Shown here piece by piece: positions 1-13,500 of a stretch of 64,000 nucleotides of DNA. Made by a program: the position numbers and the translations under genes. This stretch comes from Macrostomum lignano. Taxonomy: Eukaryota. The notes below the pieces were generated by a model. It ran no database searches and was not told the DNA's origin. It saw nothing but the letters and a program-made list of their open reading frames with translations. The stretch covers positions 62,001 to 126,000 of the forward strand of contig NIVC01000215.1 of NCBI GenBank assembly GCA_002269645.1, given 5' to 3'. Each line of letters begins with the position of its first letter. The first letter of the stretch is position 1.

Positions 1-172
1 TGTCATGATGATCATTACCAATAGGTTATCTGCTTAGAGTTATAGTGGGTTACAAAGGATAGAGATCTATTATAACATCTTATGCTATTTAATAACACCT
101 CCATTTTAATATTTAAGTGCAAATATCACTTGGAATTCTAAGAATTATAATAAAAGATTTGTTCTTGTTCTG

Positions 173-352
173 CAGGCACTCATTTTAGTGCCGAAGGCAC
201 TCATTTTAGCGCCCTGAAACAAATTCTTGCTTTCCACAATGTGTCACGTGGGGTTGGAGGACAAAGCATTGTCATGTCCTCCCCATAGCTTTTACTTGGG
301 GGGGGGGGCATGTCCCCCAGTCCCCCCCCCCGCACCCAGCGGCGACGTTCCG
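173..352. mobile_element. Partial non-autonomous DNA element, related to the MITE at 37654-38028
   Basis: Shares the gcactcattttagcgcc repeats, the G-run/catgtccccc block and a degenerate ggcgacg end with the 37.7 kb element. Confidence 0.5.
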
Positions 353-418
353 GTGCTCTGCCCCCTTCAGTTGAAGTGCTTTTTGCAATATGTTGATCCG
401 CAACTGCCTGTCCCTCAG

Positions 419-847
419 GTACAAGCGCATATTCAGCATAGGCACGCAGGGCATCACTACGTACAATCCCCAGACTCTGGAAATCACCAACCAATGGCTC
501 TACAGCGATTTCTTCAACATCCTGCCCAATCCGAAGGGCGGCCCTCAGGAGCTCATTATTCAGATGAAGAAAGTCGGCGGCAACAAGAAGGATCAGATGA
601 AGTTCGCCTCAGACCATCGGGCCGACATCCTGACTGAGGCGCTGCGATTTCAGCACCAGTTCGCTGAGACGCCAAGAACGCCGGCCAGGTTCAACACATT
701 CAAGCAGCACTGGTCAGACACGCGAAAGAATGTCGTGCTGGCCGTCAACTCTGCCGGCCTGTGCCAGTTCGATCCTGTCAGCAACTCGCTGCTGTGCACC
801 TACGATTATAAGGACATCGAATGCCTGCTGCTGGTCAGTGTAGTAGT

Positions 848-892
<45 letters not shown>

Positions 893-897
893 ATAGC

Positions 898-937
<40 letters not shown>

Positions 938-3900
938 GCAGCAGTAGTAGTAGTAGTAGCAGTAGTAGTAGCAGCAGTATTAGTAGCAGCAGTAGTAGTA
1001 GTACTTGTGTAGTAGTAGCAGATGTGATAATACTCGGCAGAATAAATAATAATTTGTGTTTTTGCAATTATCAGTAGTAATCAAACCAGAAGCACAAGAA
1101 ACTAATATTACAATTCAGAAGAAGATTTTGCATGTGCTGAAAAGCCTGCACTGGCTGTATAGTTTAAAATGGATCCCGATAACAGCTCTCGCCTAATCCA
1201 ATCCCTGTCTTTCAAGATTCCCGACCTACCCGGCGGAATTTCCGTCGTTTGCGGCGGCTTCGGACGCAATGTGAGTTTTTATGCGCTTTTCTACATAAAA
1301 TAGTCAAGTTGGTTCGCGGGGGGCGGGCAAATCAGCTCAGCGTAAAACGCGCCATGATCCCTGGTTCGATTCCCACATTTATTTGGGGCTTGTGTGCACG
1401 GATATTGGGCTGGGGAGGGGGTTTGTCGTGCGGTTCACAGCCATGAGGGCCAGCCCCCAAGGCACAGAGTGCACATGCCTGACGATTAGAAAGTCAGGGC
1501 CGCTGTACACCCCGTGTGAGCGGTGTATGAGTGCATGCCCGCGTCCTTATTTAATTTCTAGGGTTGCAGCCTAGTGGTTAGAGAGTCGGACTCCCGACTG
1601 GAAGGTCGGGGGTTCGATTCTCGACCCACTCGGAACAGTTTGTGTCCTTGAGCAAGACACTTAACTCTGCATTGCTTCAGTTCACCCAGCTGTAAAATGA
1701 GTGCCAGCATCAGCTGGGGTAATTGAGGCTGTGTGTGGCGATCCCCCAGTCCTTGGACTGAACAGCCGTACGCAGCCTTCAGATGCGCCGCGCCATAGCT
1801 GCGGCTGAGCTGTCGGTTGCACATCTCGGGCCATTAGGGCAGGTGAAATCAATTATTATTATTATTATGCCTGCGTACAGCATTTCTCATAATATAGTGG
1901 CTGTACCATTACGCTCTGTCCTATCGTCGGGGACGCACACTCCGTTGAACACCAGGCACTTTCGCACTGTAACTTCGTCTATAAAACCCCCAATTTGCAG
2001 CACATATTCGCCACCCAAGACCAGGACAATTTAATCAAAGCAATTAAAGAGGCGGCGCAGCACTACATTGGACTGCAAATTCGGGTGCACCAAAGCCAGA
2101 GCACCTACGAGCAGTTGCTAATTAACAAGTTCGGCAAATACTCTGGCGACGAGCACCTGACCTCGCACAGCGAATTCCCAGTTGCTAAGACGCGGACGCC
2201 GAGGCACAAGTAAAACAATACACGATTTTAACTAATGTGCTCTAGGCCGTTGCAATGTACACTGGCTCTGACCCCCACCCCAACTGTACACCCAGACCCC
2301 CACCCCAACTGTACACCCAGACCCGTACCCCAACTGTACACCCAGACCCCCACCCTAACTGTACACCCAGACCCGTACCCCAACTGTACACCCAGACCCG
2401 CACCCCCAGACCCCACCCTAACATTACACAGTGGCCAATGGTTTTCAACGCCATCCCCGTTCTCAGAGAGCCTGTCAGGCGGCTGCTGTGCCTGTCCGAG
2501 ACCTGCCTAATCGAGCGAGATCCGGCCACCTATCATGCAGTGTCCGTCAAGCCGCTCTGCGATGTGTTCTCAATGACCAGAGACCCGGCCAATCCCCAAC
2601 TAGTGGCCATCGAGAGCGTCCGCGGCCCGCCCCGCTATTACACCAGCACCGATCGGGACGCCCTCATCGCCTCCGTGCTGGACGGAGTTCGCGCATCCGG
2701 CAATCGTGACGTGTGCGTTAAACGGGCACCGATCGATCGGGGACTGCGGTTTGGTCCGTTGAGCACGCCGCTATCTGAGGAGGTTGAGAGCCAATGCCTC
2801 CGGCATCTCTATCAGCAACCGCCTGGCGTCACCTTTGCTCAGGCGAGTTGTTGCTTTAGTTTTACTCAACTTGGTTCTTCAATAGGCCGCTCTTTGGGCC
2901 TTCAATAGGCCACTCTTTGTTCCTCCAATGGGCCGCTCTTTGTTCCTTCAATAGGCCGCTCTTTGTTCCTCTAATGGGCTGCTCTTTGTTCCTCCAATGG
3001 GCCGCTCTTTGTTCCTTCATAGGCCGCCCTTTGTTCCTCTAATGGGCTGCTCTTTGTTCCTCCAATGGGCCGCTCTTTGGTTCTTCTATAGGCCGCTCTT
3101 TGTTCCTCCAATGAATCGCTCTTTGGTCTTTCAATAGGCCACTCTTTGGTCCTTCAATGGGCCGCTCTTTGGTCCTTCAATGGGCCGCTCTTTGATCCTT
3201 CAATAGGCCGCTCTTTGGTCCTTCAATAGGCCGCTCTTTGTTCCTCCAATGAATCGCTCTTTGGTCTTTCAATAGGCCACTCTTTGGTCCTTCAATGGGC
3301 CGCTCTTTGGTCCTTCAATGGGCCGCTCTTTGATCCTTCAATAGGCCGCTCTTTGTTCCTCTAATGGGCTGCTCTTTGTTCCTCCAATGGGCCGCTCTTT
3401 GTTCCTTCATAGGCCGCCCTTTGTTCCTCTAATGGGCTGCCCTTTGTTCCTCCAATGGGCCGCTCTTTGGTTCTTCTATAGGCCGCTCTTTGTTCCTCCA
3501 ATGAATCGCTCTTTGGTCTTTCAATAGGCCACTCTTTGGTCCTTCAATGGGCCGCTCTTTGGTCCTTCAATGGGCCGCTCTTTGATCCTTCAATAGGCCG
3601 CTCTTTGGTCCTTCAATAGGCCGCTCTTTGTTCCTCTAATGGGGTGCTCTTTGTTTCTCCAATGGGCCGCTCTTTGGTTCTTCTATAGGCCGCTCTTTGT
3701 TCCTTCAATGGGGTGCTCTTTGGTCCTTCAATGGGCCGCTCTTTGGTCCTTCAATGGGCTGCTCTTTGGTCCTTCAATGGGCCGCTCTTTGGTTCTTCAA
3801 TAGGCCGCTCTTTGGTCCTTCAATATGCCGCTGCCAACCCCTTGACTCAAGAGTCTATCATTGTCTCAACAATCACCAACGCGCTGCAAACCGCAGGCGG

Positions 3901-6900
3901 TAGCCAGATTCAACGCCAACGTGCCATACAGCGGCCTGCTCCACGCGGTGACTCAGGACGGCTTCTTCTCCGAGAACAAGGAGCGCCTCATCACCCAGGC
4001 CCTGTCCGCGCTCATCCACCACGACGGCGGCGGCGGCTCAGTGGAGGCAGAGTTTCACGCACTGCGGCGTTTAGTAGCCAGCAGAGCCGGCTTCTCCGCG
4101 TTCACAGACCTCAGCGGCATGCGGGAGACCCTCGGCCGGAAGGTGGTCGCCGCGCTGCGCCGGGCCGACGACGACGGCGGCGTTGGACACGCGGCCATCG
4201 ACACCATCAACTCGCTGATGCAGCCGATGCACGATAACTACGATTTGAAACAGGTTCGGCTTTTAGTGGGTCGGGATTGACTGCTTTTTGTCAGCACCTG
4301 GTCATAGAGGATGCTTTGTGTCATTTCTATGTCATAGTGGATGCTTTGTGTCATTTCTAGGTCATAGTGGATGCTTTGTGTCATTTCTAGGTCATAGTGG
4401 ATGCTTTGTGTCATTTCTAGGTCATAGTGGATGCTTTGTGTCATTTCTAGGTCATAGTGGATGCTTTGTGTCATTTCTAGGTCATAGTGGATACTTGTGT
4501 CATTTCTAGGTCATAGTGGATGCTTTGTGTCATTTCTAGGTCATAGTGGATGCTTTGTGTCATTTCTATGTCATAGTGGATGCTTTGTGTCATTTCTAGG
4601 TCATAGTGGATGCTTTGTGTCATTTCTAGGTCATAGTGGATGCTTTGTGTCATTTCTAGGTCATAGTGGATGCTTTGTGTCATTTCTAGGTCATAGTGGA
4701 TGCTTGTGTCATTTTTAGGTCATAGTGGATGCTTTGTGTCATTTCTAGGTCATAGTGGATTCTTTGTGTCATTTCTAGGTCATAGTGGATGCTTTGTGTC
4801 ATTTCTATGTCATAGTGGATGCTTTGTGTCATTTCTAGGTCATGGTGGATGCTTTGTGTCATTTCTAGGTCATGGTGGATGCTTTGTATCATTTCTAGGT
4901 CATAATGAAAAAAAACTCAGTCTACTCACCTGTTTTAGGAGCAGCTGAACAAGTCGAGCATAATGTCATCAAAGAAATTTCTGGAATCGCTGCTCGACAT
5001 ATTCGAAGCGCACGTGCTAAAAGGCACAGGCGCTCTGTTCATTTCCGCTATGCTGGACTTCCTCACCTTCGCACTGTGCGCGCCTTATTCGGAGACCACC
5101 GAGGGCGGCCACTTCGACACCCTGCTGATCATGACCGCGGCTAGAGGTCGCGCATTCTTCAAGCTGTTCCAGCACCCGTCCACAGCTATATTGAAAGGCG
5201 CTGGTCTCGTCATGCGCTCCATAGTTGAAGAGGCCGAACCGGAAGTGGCCGCCCGGATGCAGGCCCTGTCACTGGCTGAGGCCGCTCTGCCGGCACACCT
5301 GCACACGGCTCTGTTCACCCAGTCTGCCGACGGCAGGATGCTGGTTAATAGGCAGCTCAGCAGGCACCTCATCGGACTGTGGGTCACCGACAACCAGGTG
5401 GCCATGACCCTGCTTAGAAGGATCTTTGTAAGTCCCTTATCTTAATCTGTCAGGAATGCTTCAGGTGTGCGTGTGCTGTCCCTTATCTTAATCTGCCAGG
5501 AATGCTTCAGGTGTGCGTGTGCTGTCCCTTATCTTAATCTGCCAGGAATGCTTCAGGTGTGGGTGTGCTGTCCCTTATCTTAATCTGTCAGGAATGCTTC
5601 AGGTGTGGGTGTGCTGTCCCTTATCTTAATCGGTCAGGAATGCTTCAGGTGTGAGAAGACTTCAGCTACTGTCACCAATACTGCAGTCAGATGCAGTCAG
5701 TCGCATATCTACCTGATCCGCGCACCTGGCCCCTGTCCCCAACGCAGCCGCAGGGCCTGTTGTCCTACTTGGACTCCACCGAGGAGCCGCCGCGAGACGA
5801 CATCGACCGGCTGAACACGCGCGACAATCTGAAGCTGGCCACCGACCAGGAGAACCAGCGGTCAGCGAACCAGCAATGGCGAGCTGTTGAACGTCAAATT
5901 GAGAATTTCCTGGTGCACTGGCGATCTAGAATCGGCTTCCAGAAGAAGCAGCCGCAGAAAGAGGAAAAGCCCATTGTGCTGCGCAAGCGGAGGCAGCGAG
6001 TCAAGTCCGAGGCAAACTGGGCCATGTTCTATTATCAGTTCTGCAAGGACCACACCAAGCCGAATCTGCTGTGGAACTACAGGACTAGAGAGGAGCTTAG
6101 GGAGGCCTTAGACAACGAATTGCGAGCCTTCAACTCGGACAAAGACCTGTCCGGCAAGAAGCAGATCAGCTGGAATCACGAAGAATTTCAAGTGGCATTT
6201 CCCAGCCTAGCTGAGGAGATTAAAATTGGCGATTATTTTCTGCGAGTGCTGCTGGAAGAGGACGACAAGCTGACTGGCGATGAGGAGAGCACTCTGGTTA
6301 TCAGCCAATCGTGAGTGCTCAAGTCATTGTAGGCTTTGTGAACCTTCGGGTAGCTGCTGAACATTCTAGACCTTCAGGTAGCTGCTCAACATTCTAGACC
6401 TTCAGGTAGCTGCTGAACATTCTAGACCTTCAGGTAGCTGCTCAACATTCTAGACCTTCAGGTAGCTGCTCAACATTCTAGACCTTCAGGTAGCTGCTGA
6501 ACATTCTAGACCTTCAGGTAGCTGCTCAACATTCTAGACCTTCAGGTAGCTGCTCAACATTCTAGACCTTCAGGTAGCTGCTAAACATTCTAGACCTTCA
6601 GGTAGCTGCTGAATATTCTAGACCTTCAGGTAGCTGCTCAACATTCTAGACCTTCAGGTAGCTGCTCAACATTCTAGACCTTCAGGTAGCTGCTCAACAT
6701 TCTAGACCTTCAGGTAGCTGCTGAACATTCTAGACCTTCAGGTAGCTGCTCAACATTCTAGACCTTCAGGTAGCTGCTAAACATTCTAGACCTTCAGGTA
6801 GCTGCTGAACATTCTAGACCTTCAGGTAGCTGCTCAACATTCTAGACCTTCAGGTAGCTGCTCAACATTCTAGACCTTCAGGTAGCTGCTGAACATTCTA

Positions 6901-9900
6901 GACCTTCAGGTAGCTGCTCAACATTCTAGACCTTCAGGTAGCTGCTCAACATTCTAGACCTTCAGGTAGCTGCTAAACATTCTAGACCTTCAGGTAGCTG
7001 CTCAACATTCTAGACCTTCAGGTAGCTGCTGAACATTCTAGACCTTCAGGTAGCTGCTGAACATTCTAGACCTTCAGGTAGCTGCTCAACATTCTAGACC
7101 TTCAGGTAGCTGCTAAACATTCTAGACCTTCAGGTAGCTGCTGAACATTCTAGACCTTCAGGTAGCTGCTGAATATTCTAGACCTTCAGGTAGCTGCTCA
7201 ACATTCTAGACCTTCAGGTAGCTGCTGAACATTCTAGACCTTCAGGTAGCTGCTCAACATTCTAGACCTTCAGGTAGCTGCTGAATATTCTAGACCTTCA
7301 GGTAGCTGCTCAACATTCTAGACCTTCAGGTAGCTGCTGAACATTCTAGACCTTCAGGTAGCTGCTGAACATTCTAGACCTTCAGGTAGCTGCTGAACAT
7401 TCTAGACCTTCAGGTAGCTGCTGAATATTCTAGACCTTCAGGTAGCTGCTCAACATTCTAGACCTTCAGGTAGCTGCTGAACATTCTAGACCTTCAGGTA
7501 GCTGCTCAACATTCTAGACCTTCAGGTAGCTGCTCAACATTCTAGACCTTCAGGTAGCTGCTGAATATTCTATACCTTCAGGTAGCTGCTCAACATTCTA
7601 GACCTTCAGGTAGCTGCTCAACATTCTAGACCTTCAGGTAGCTGCTAAACATTCTAGACCTTCAGGTAGCTGCTCAACATTCTAGACCTTCAGGTAGCTG
7701 CTCAACATTCTAGACCTTCAGGTAGCTGCTGAATATTCTAGACCTTCAGGTAGCTGCTCAACATTCTAGACCTTCAGGTAGCTGCTGAACATTCTAGACC
7801 TTCAGGTAGCTGCTGAACATTCTAGACCTTCAGGTAGCTGCTGAACATTCTAGACCTTCAGGTAGCTGCTCAACATTCTAGACCTTCAGGTAGCTGCTGA
7901 ACATTCTAGACCTTCAGGTAGCTGCTCAACATTCTAGACCTTCAGGTAGCTGCTGAATATTCTAGACCTTCAGGTAGCTGCTCAACATTCTAGACCTTCA
8001 GGTAGCTGCTGAACATTCTAGACCTTCAGGTAGCTGCTGAACATTCTAGACCTTCAGGTAGCTGCTCAACATTCTAGACCTTCAGGTAGCTGCTCAACAT
8101 TCTAGACCTTCAGGTAGCTGCTAAACATTCTAGACCTTCAGGTAGCTGCTGAACATTCTAGACCTTCAGGTAGCTGCTCAACATTCTAGACCTTCAGGTA
8201 GCTGCTGAATATTCTAGACCTTCAGGTAGCTGCTCAACATTCTAGACCTTCAGGTAGCTGCTCAACATTCTAGACCTTCAGGTAGCTGCTGAATATTCTA
8301 GACCTTCAGGTAGCTGCTCAACATTCTAGACCTTCAGGTAGCTGCTCAACATTCTAGACCTTCAGGTAGCTGCTGAACATTCTAGACCTTCAGGTAGCTG
8401 CTGAACATTCTAGACCTTCAGGTAGCTGCTCAACATTCTAGACCTTCAGGTAGCTGTGAACATTCTAGACCTTCAGGTAGCTGCTGAATATTCTAGACCT
8501 TCAGGTAGCTGCTCAACATTCTAGACCTTCAGGTAGCTGCTCAACATTCTAGACCTTCAGGTAGCTGCTCAACATTCTAGACCTTCAGGTAGCTGCTCAA
8601 CATTCTAGACCTTCAGGTAGCTGCTAAACATTCTAGACCTTCAGGTAGCTGCTGAATATTCTAGACCTTCAGGTAGCTGCTCAACATTCTAGACCTTCAG
8701 ATAGCTGCTGAACATTCTAGACCTTCAGGTAGCTGCTCAACATTCTAGACCTTCAGGTAGCTGCTAAACATTCTAGACCTTCAGGTAGCTGCTGAATATT
8801 CTAGACCTTCAGGTAGCTGCTAAACATTCTAGACCTTCAGGTAGCTGCTGAATATTCTAGACCTTCAGGTAGCTGCTCAACATTCTAGACCTTCAGGTAG
8901 CTGCTCAACATTCTAGACCTTCAGGTAGCTGCTCAACATTCTAGACCTTCAGGTAGCTGCTCAACATTCTAGACCTTCAGGTAGCTGCTAAACATTCTAG
9001 ACCTTCAGGTAGCTGCTAAACATTCTAGACCTTCAGGTAGCTGCTGAACATTCTAGACCTTCAGGTAGCTGCTGCTACTCAAAGGCACTCTGATTGTTTT
9101 TTTACCTCAACTGTACTTTCAGCTTCCAGTTCTTCAACGATCTTTATCACCGGTTTCTGCTGACGCAAAAAGTGAACATGAAATGCATGTGCCTTCACGC
9201 CATGACCATCGTGTACGGCCGGTGCCACGCTGAGATCGGGCCGTTCGGAGACACTCGCTACATTGTTAGCATGCTGGATAGGGTGAGGAAATCAGAGCAC
9301 TCGCTCCCAATGTAATCCCAATCGCATTGTGCTGCTGATTCGAATGCATTAGTTTCATTGTTTCAACACTTCAGACCACTGACAAGCTGGAGCGGGATCG
9401 ACTCATGCTGTTTCTTAGTCGACTCGTGCTCAACAAGGTCTGTGCCATTTCTTTCATTTAGTAAAACTATACCTTCAGTGCATTGCCGCTATCCTCTCCC
9501 TGATCCTTCAGTGCATTGCCGCTATCCTCTCCCTGATCCTTCAGTGCATTGCCGCTATCCTCTCCCTGATCATTCAGTGCATTGCCGCTATCCTCTCCCT
9601 GATCATTCAGTGCATTGCCGCTATCCTCTCCCTGATCCTTCAGTGCATTGCCGCTATCCTCTCCCTGATCCTTCAGTGCATTGCCGCTATCCTCTCCCTG
9701 ATCATTCAGTGCATTGCCGCTATCCTCTCCCTGATCATTCAGTGCATTGCCGCTATCCTCTCCCTGATCCTTCAGTGCATTGCCGCTATCCTCTCCCTGA
9801 TCCTTCAGTGCATTGCCGCTATCCTCTCCCTGATCCTTCAGTGCATTGCCGCTATCCTCTCCCTGATCCTTCAGTGCATTGCCGCTACCCTCCCCGGATC

Positions 9901-10509
9901 GCCGCTACCCTCCCCGGATCGCCGCTACCCTCCCCGGATCGCCGCTACCCTCCCCGGATCGCCGCTACCCTCCCCGGATCGCCGCTACCCTGAGCTTCTC
10001 AATTATGTTTATTTCCCACAGGAAAACGTCAAGGAGATTCTGGACGCAAACGGTGTGAAAATCATTATCGACTTTGTAACCCTGGCGCATCTGCACATTT
10101 CTCGAGCGCACACCCCGATGCAAGTGAGTCAGTCTACTAGTAATTTATGGCATTCAATGAGTCTATCAATCATCATCCTATCTAACTCTGCAAACCCGTT
10201 TCCTCCAGTCGAACATCCTTGAAGCCAGTCCGGACATGCGCCGGCCGGGCGAGAAGGAGTGGTACTACGGCAGCTCGGCCAAGGAGAAGTGCGGCCCCTT
10301 CAGCTTTGACGAGCTCAAGGAGCTCTTCGAAAATGGCAGCGTTAATAAGGACACTCGGGTCTGGGCGCAGGGCTTCGAGGGCTGGAAACCTCTGGCTTCC
10401 GTGCCGCAGCTGCGCTGGACCCTGCTGGCTACTGGCAAAGAGGTGAGCACTGGCTGACTGACTGACTGACTGACTGACTGACTGGCTGGCTGGCTCACTG
10501 ACTGACTGA

Positions 10510-10546
<37 letters not shown>

Positions 10547-13500
10547 TGACTGACTGACTGACTGACTGACTGACTGACTGACTGACTGACTGGCTGGCTG
10601 GCTCACTGACTGACTGACTGACTGGCTGGCTGGCTGGCTGGCTGACTGACTGACTGACTGACTGACTGACTGACTGACTGACTGACTGACTGACTGACTG
10701 ACTGGCTGACTGACTGACTGACTGACTGACTGACTGACTGACTGACTGACTGGCTGGCTGACTGACTGACTGACTGACTGACTGACTGACTGACTGACTG
10801 ACTGACTTGACAGAAATGAATTTATAATATTTATGCTAAGGTATTTAAACCCACCCCTACAGGTGCTAAATGAGAGTGACCTGGCAGTGGCCGGGCTCAA
10901 CATTCTCATCCGCATGTGCGAGTTCTTCCCCAGCACTGACCAGTTTGGCGCCGTGATCAGGCCGCTGCCCAGGGTGAAAACCGCATTGAGTAGCGGCGCC
11001 TGCCTGCCGCATCTGGTGCAGCTGCTGCTCACATTCGACTCTGTGCTAGTTGAGAAGGTGGCCACCCTGCTCAACCATATGATGGTGGAGAATCCTTACA
11101 TATCCAGGCTGTACCTAACTGGAGTCTTCTTCTTCATACTGATGTACTCTGGCTCTAATCTGATACCCATTGCTCAGTTTCTCAAGTACACCCACCTGCT
11201 GCAGGCGTTTCGGACAGAAGAGGTGAGGACTGGGGTGGCTGGGTCTGCTCTGTGTCATGCTTCTGTTAATGGGACACTGATCCCCTGATCTGTGTCATGC
11301 TTCTGTTAATGGGACACTGATCCCCTGATCTGTGTCATGCTTCTGTTAATGGGACACTGATATCCCCTGCTCTGTGTCATGCTTCTGTTAATGGGACACT
11401 GATATCCCCTGCTCTGTGTCATGCTTCTGTTAATGGGACACTGATCCCCTGCTCTGTGTCATGCTTCTGTTAATGAGACACTGATCCCCTGCTCTGTGTC
11501 ATGCTTCTGTTAATGGGACACTGATCCCCTGCTCTGTGTCATGCTTCTGTTAATGGGACACTGATCCCCTGCTCTGTGTCATGCTTCTGTTAATGAGACA
11601 CTGATCCCCTGCTCTGTGTCATGCTTCTGTTAATGGGACACTGATATCCCCTGCTCTGTGTCATGCTTCTGTTAATGGGACACTGATATCCCCTGCTCTG
11701 TGGCATGCTTCTGTTAATGGGGCACTGATCCCCTGCTCTGTGTCATGCTTCTGTTAATGGGGCACTGATCCCCTGCTCTGTGGCATGCTTCTGTTAATGG
11801 GGCACTGATCCCCTGCTCTGTGGCATGCTTCTGTTAATGGGGCACTGATCCCCTGCTCTGTGTCATGCTTCTGTTAATGGGGCACTGATCCCCTGCTCTG
11901 TGTCATGCTTCTGTTAATGGGACACTGATATCCCCTGCTCTGTGGCATGCTTCTGTTAATGGGACACTGATCCCCTGATCTGTGTCATGCTTCTGTTAAT
12001 GGGACACTGATATCCCTGATCTGTCTCATGCTTCTGTTAATGGGACACTGATCCCCTGCTCTGTGTCATGCTTCTGTTAATGGGACACTGATCCCCTGCT
12101 CTGTGTCATGCTTCTGTTAATGGGACACTGATCCCCTGCTCTGTGTCATGCTTCTGTTAATGGGGCACTGATCCCCTGCTCTGTGTCATGCTTCTGTTAA
12201 TGGGGCACTGATATCCCTGATCTGTGTCATGCTTCTGTTAATGGGGCACTGATCCCCTGATCTGTGTCATGCTTCTGTTAATGGGGCACTGATACCCCCT
12301 GCTCTGTGTCATGCTTCTGTTAATGGGGCACTGATCCCCTGCTCTGTGTCATGCTTCTGTTAATGGGACACTGATATCCCCTGCTCTGTGTCATGCTTCT
12401 GTTAATGGGGCACTGATATCCCCTGATCTGTGGCATGCTTCTGTTAATGGGGCACTGATATCCCTGATCTGTGTCATGCTTCTGTTAATGGGACACTGAT
12501 CCCCTGATCTGTGTCATGCTTCTGTTAATGGGACACTGATCCCCTGATCTGTGTCATGTTTCTGTTAATGGGGCACTGATCCCCTGCTCTGTGTCATGCT
12601 TCTGTTAATGGGGCACTGATCCCCTGCTCTGTGTCATGCTTCTGTTAATGGGGCACTGATCCCCTGATCTGTGTCATGCTTCTGTTAATGGGGCACTGAT
12701 CCCCTGATCTGTGTCATGCTTCTGTTAATGGGGCACTGATATCCCTGATCTGTGTCATGCTTCTGTTAATGGGGCACTGATCCCCTGCTCTGTGTCATGC
12801 TTCTGTTAATGGGACACTGATATCCCTGATCTGTGGCATGCTTCTGTTAATGGGGCACTGATATCCCTGATCTGTGTCATGCTTCTGTTAATGGGGCACT
12901 GATCCCCTGCTCTGTGTCATGCTTCTGTTAATGGGGCACTGATACCCCTGCTCTGTGTCATGCTTCTGTTAATGGGGCACTGATATCCCCTGCTCTGTGT
13001 CATGCTTCTGTTAATGGGGCACTGATATCCCCTGCTCTGTGTCATGCTTCTGTTAATGGGACACTGATACCCCCTGCTCTGTGTCATGCTTCTGTTAATG
13101 GGACACTGATACCCCCTGCTCTGTGTCATGCTTCTGTTAATGGGACACTGATCCCCTGATCTGTGTCATGTTTCTGTTAATGGGGCACTGATCCCCTGCT
13201 CTGTGTCATGCTTCTGTTAATGGGGCACTGATCCCCTGCTCTGTGTCATGCTTCTGTTAATGGGGCACTGATCCCCTGATCTGTGTCATGCTTCTGTTAA
13301 TGGGGCACTGATCCCCTGATCTGTGTCATGCTTCTGTTAATGGGGCACTGATATCCCTGATCTGTGTCATGCTTCTGTTAATGGGGCACTGATCCCCTGC
13401 TCTGTGTCATGCTTCTGTTAATGGGACACTGATATCCCTGATCTGTGTCATGCTTCTGTTAATGGGGCACTGATATCCCTGATCTGTGTCATGCTTCTGT

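Noticed and set aside
1332-1376. tRNA-like agctcag...ggttcgattccc
   Set aside because: Too short for a cloverleaf and no acceptor stem; at most a decayed SINE head.
6345-9075. CRISPR-like appearance of 28-46-bp repeats
   Set aside because: Units are head-to-tail with no unique spacers, there are no cas genes, and the context is eukaryotic introns.
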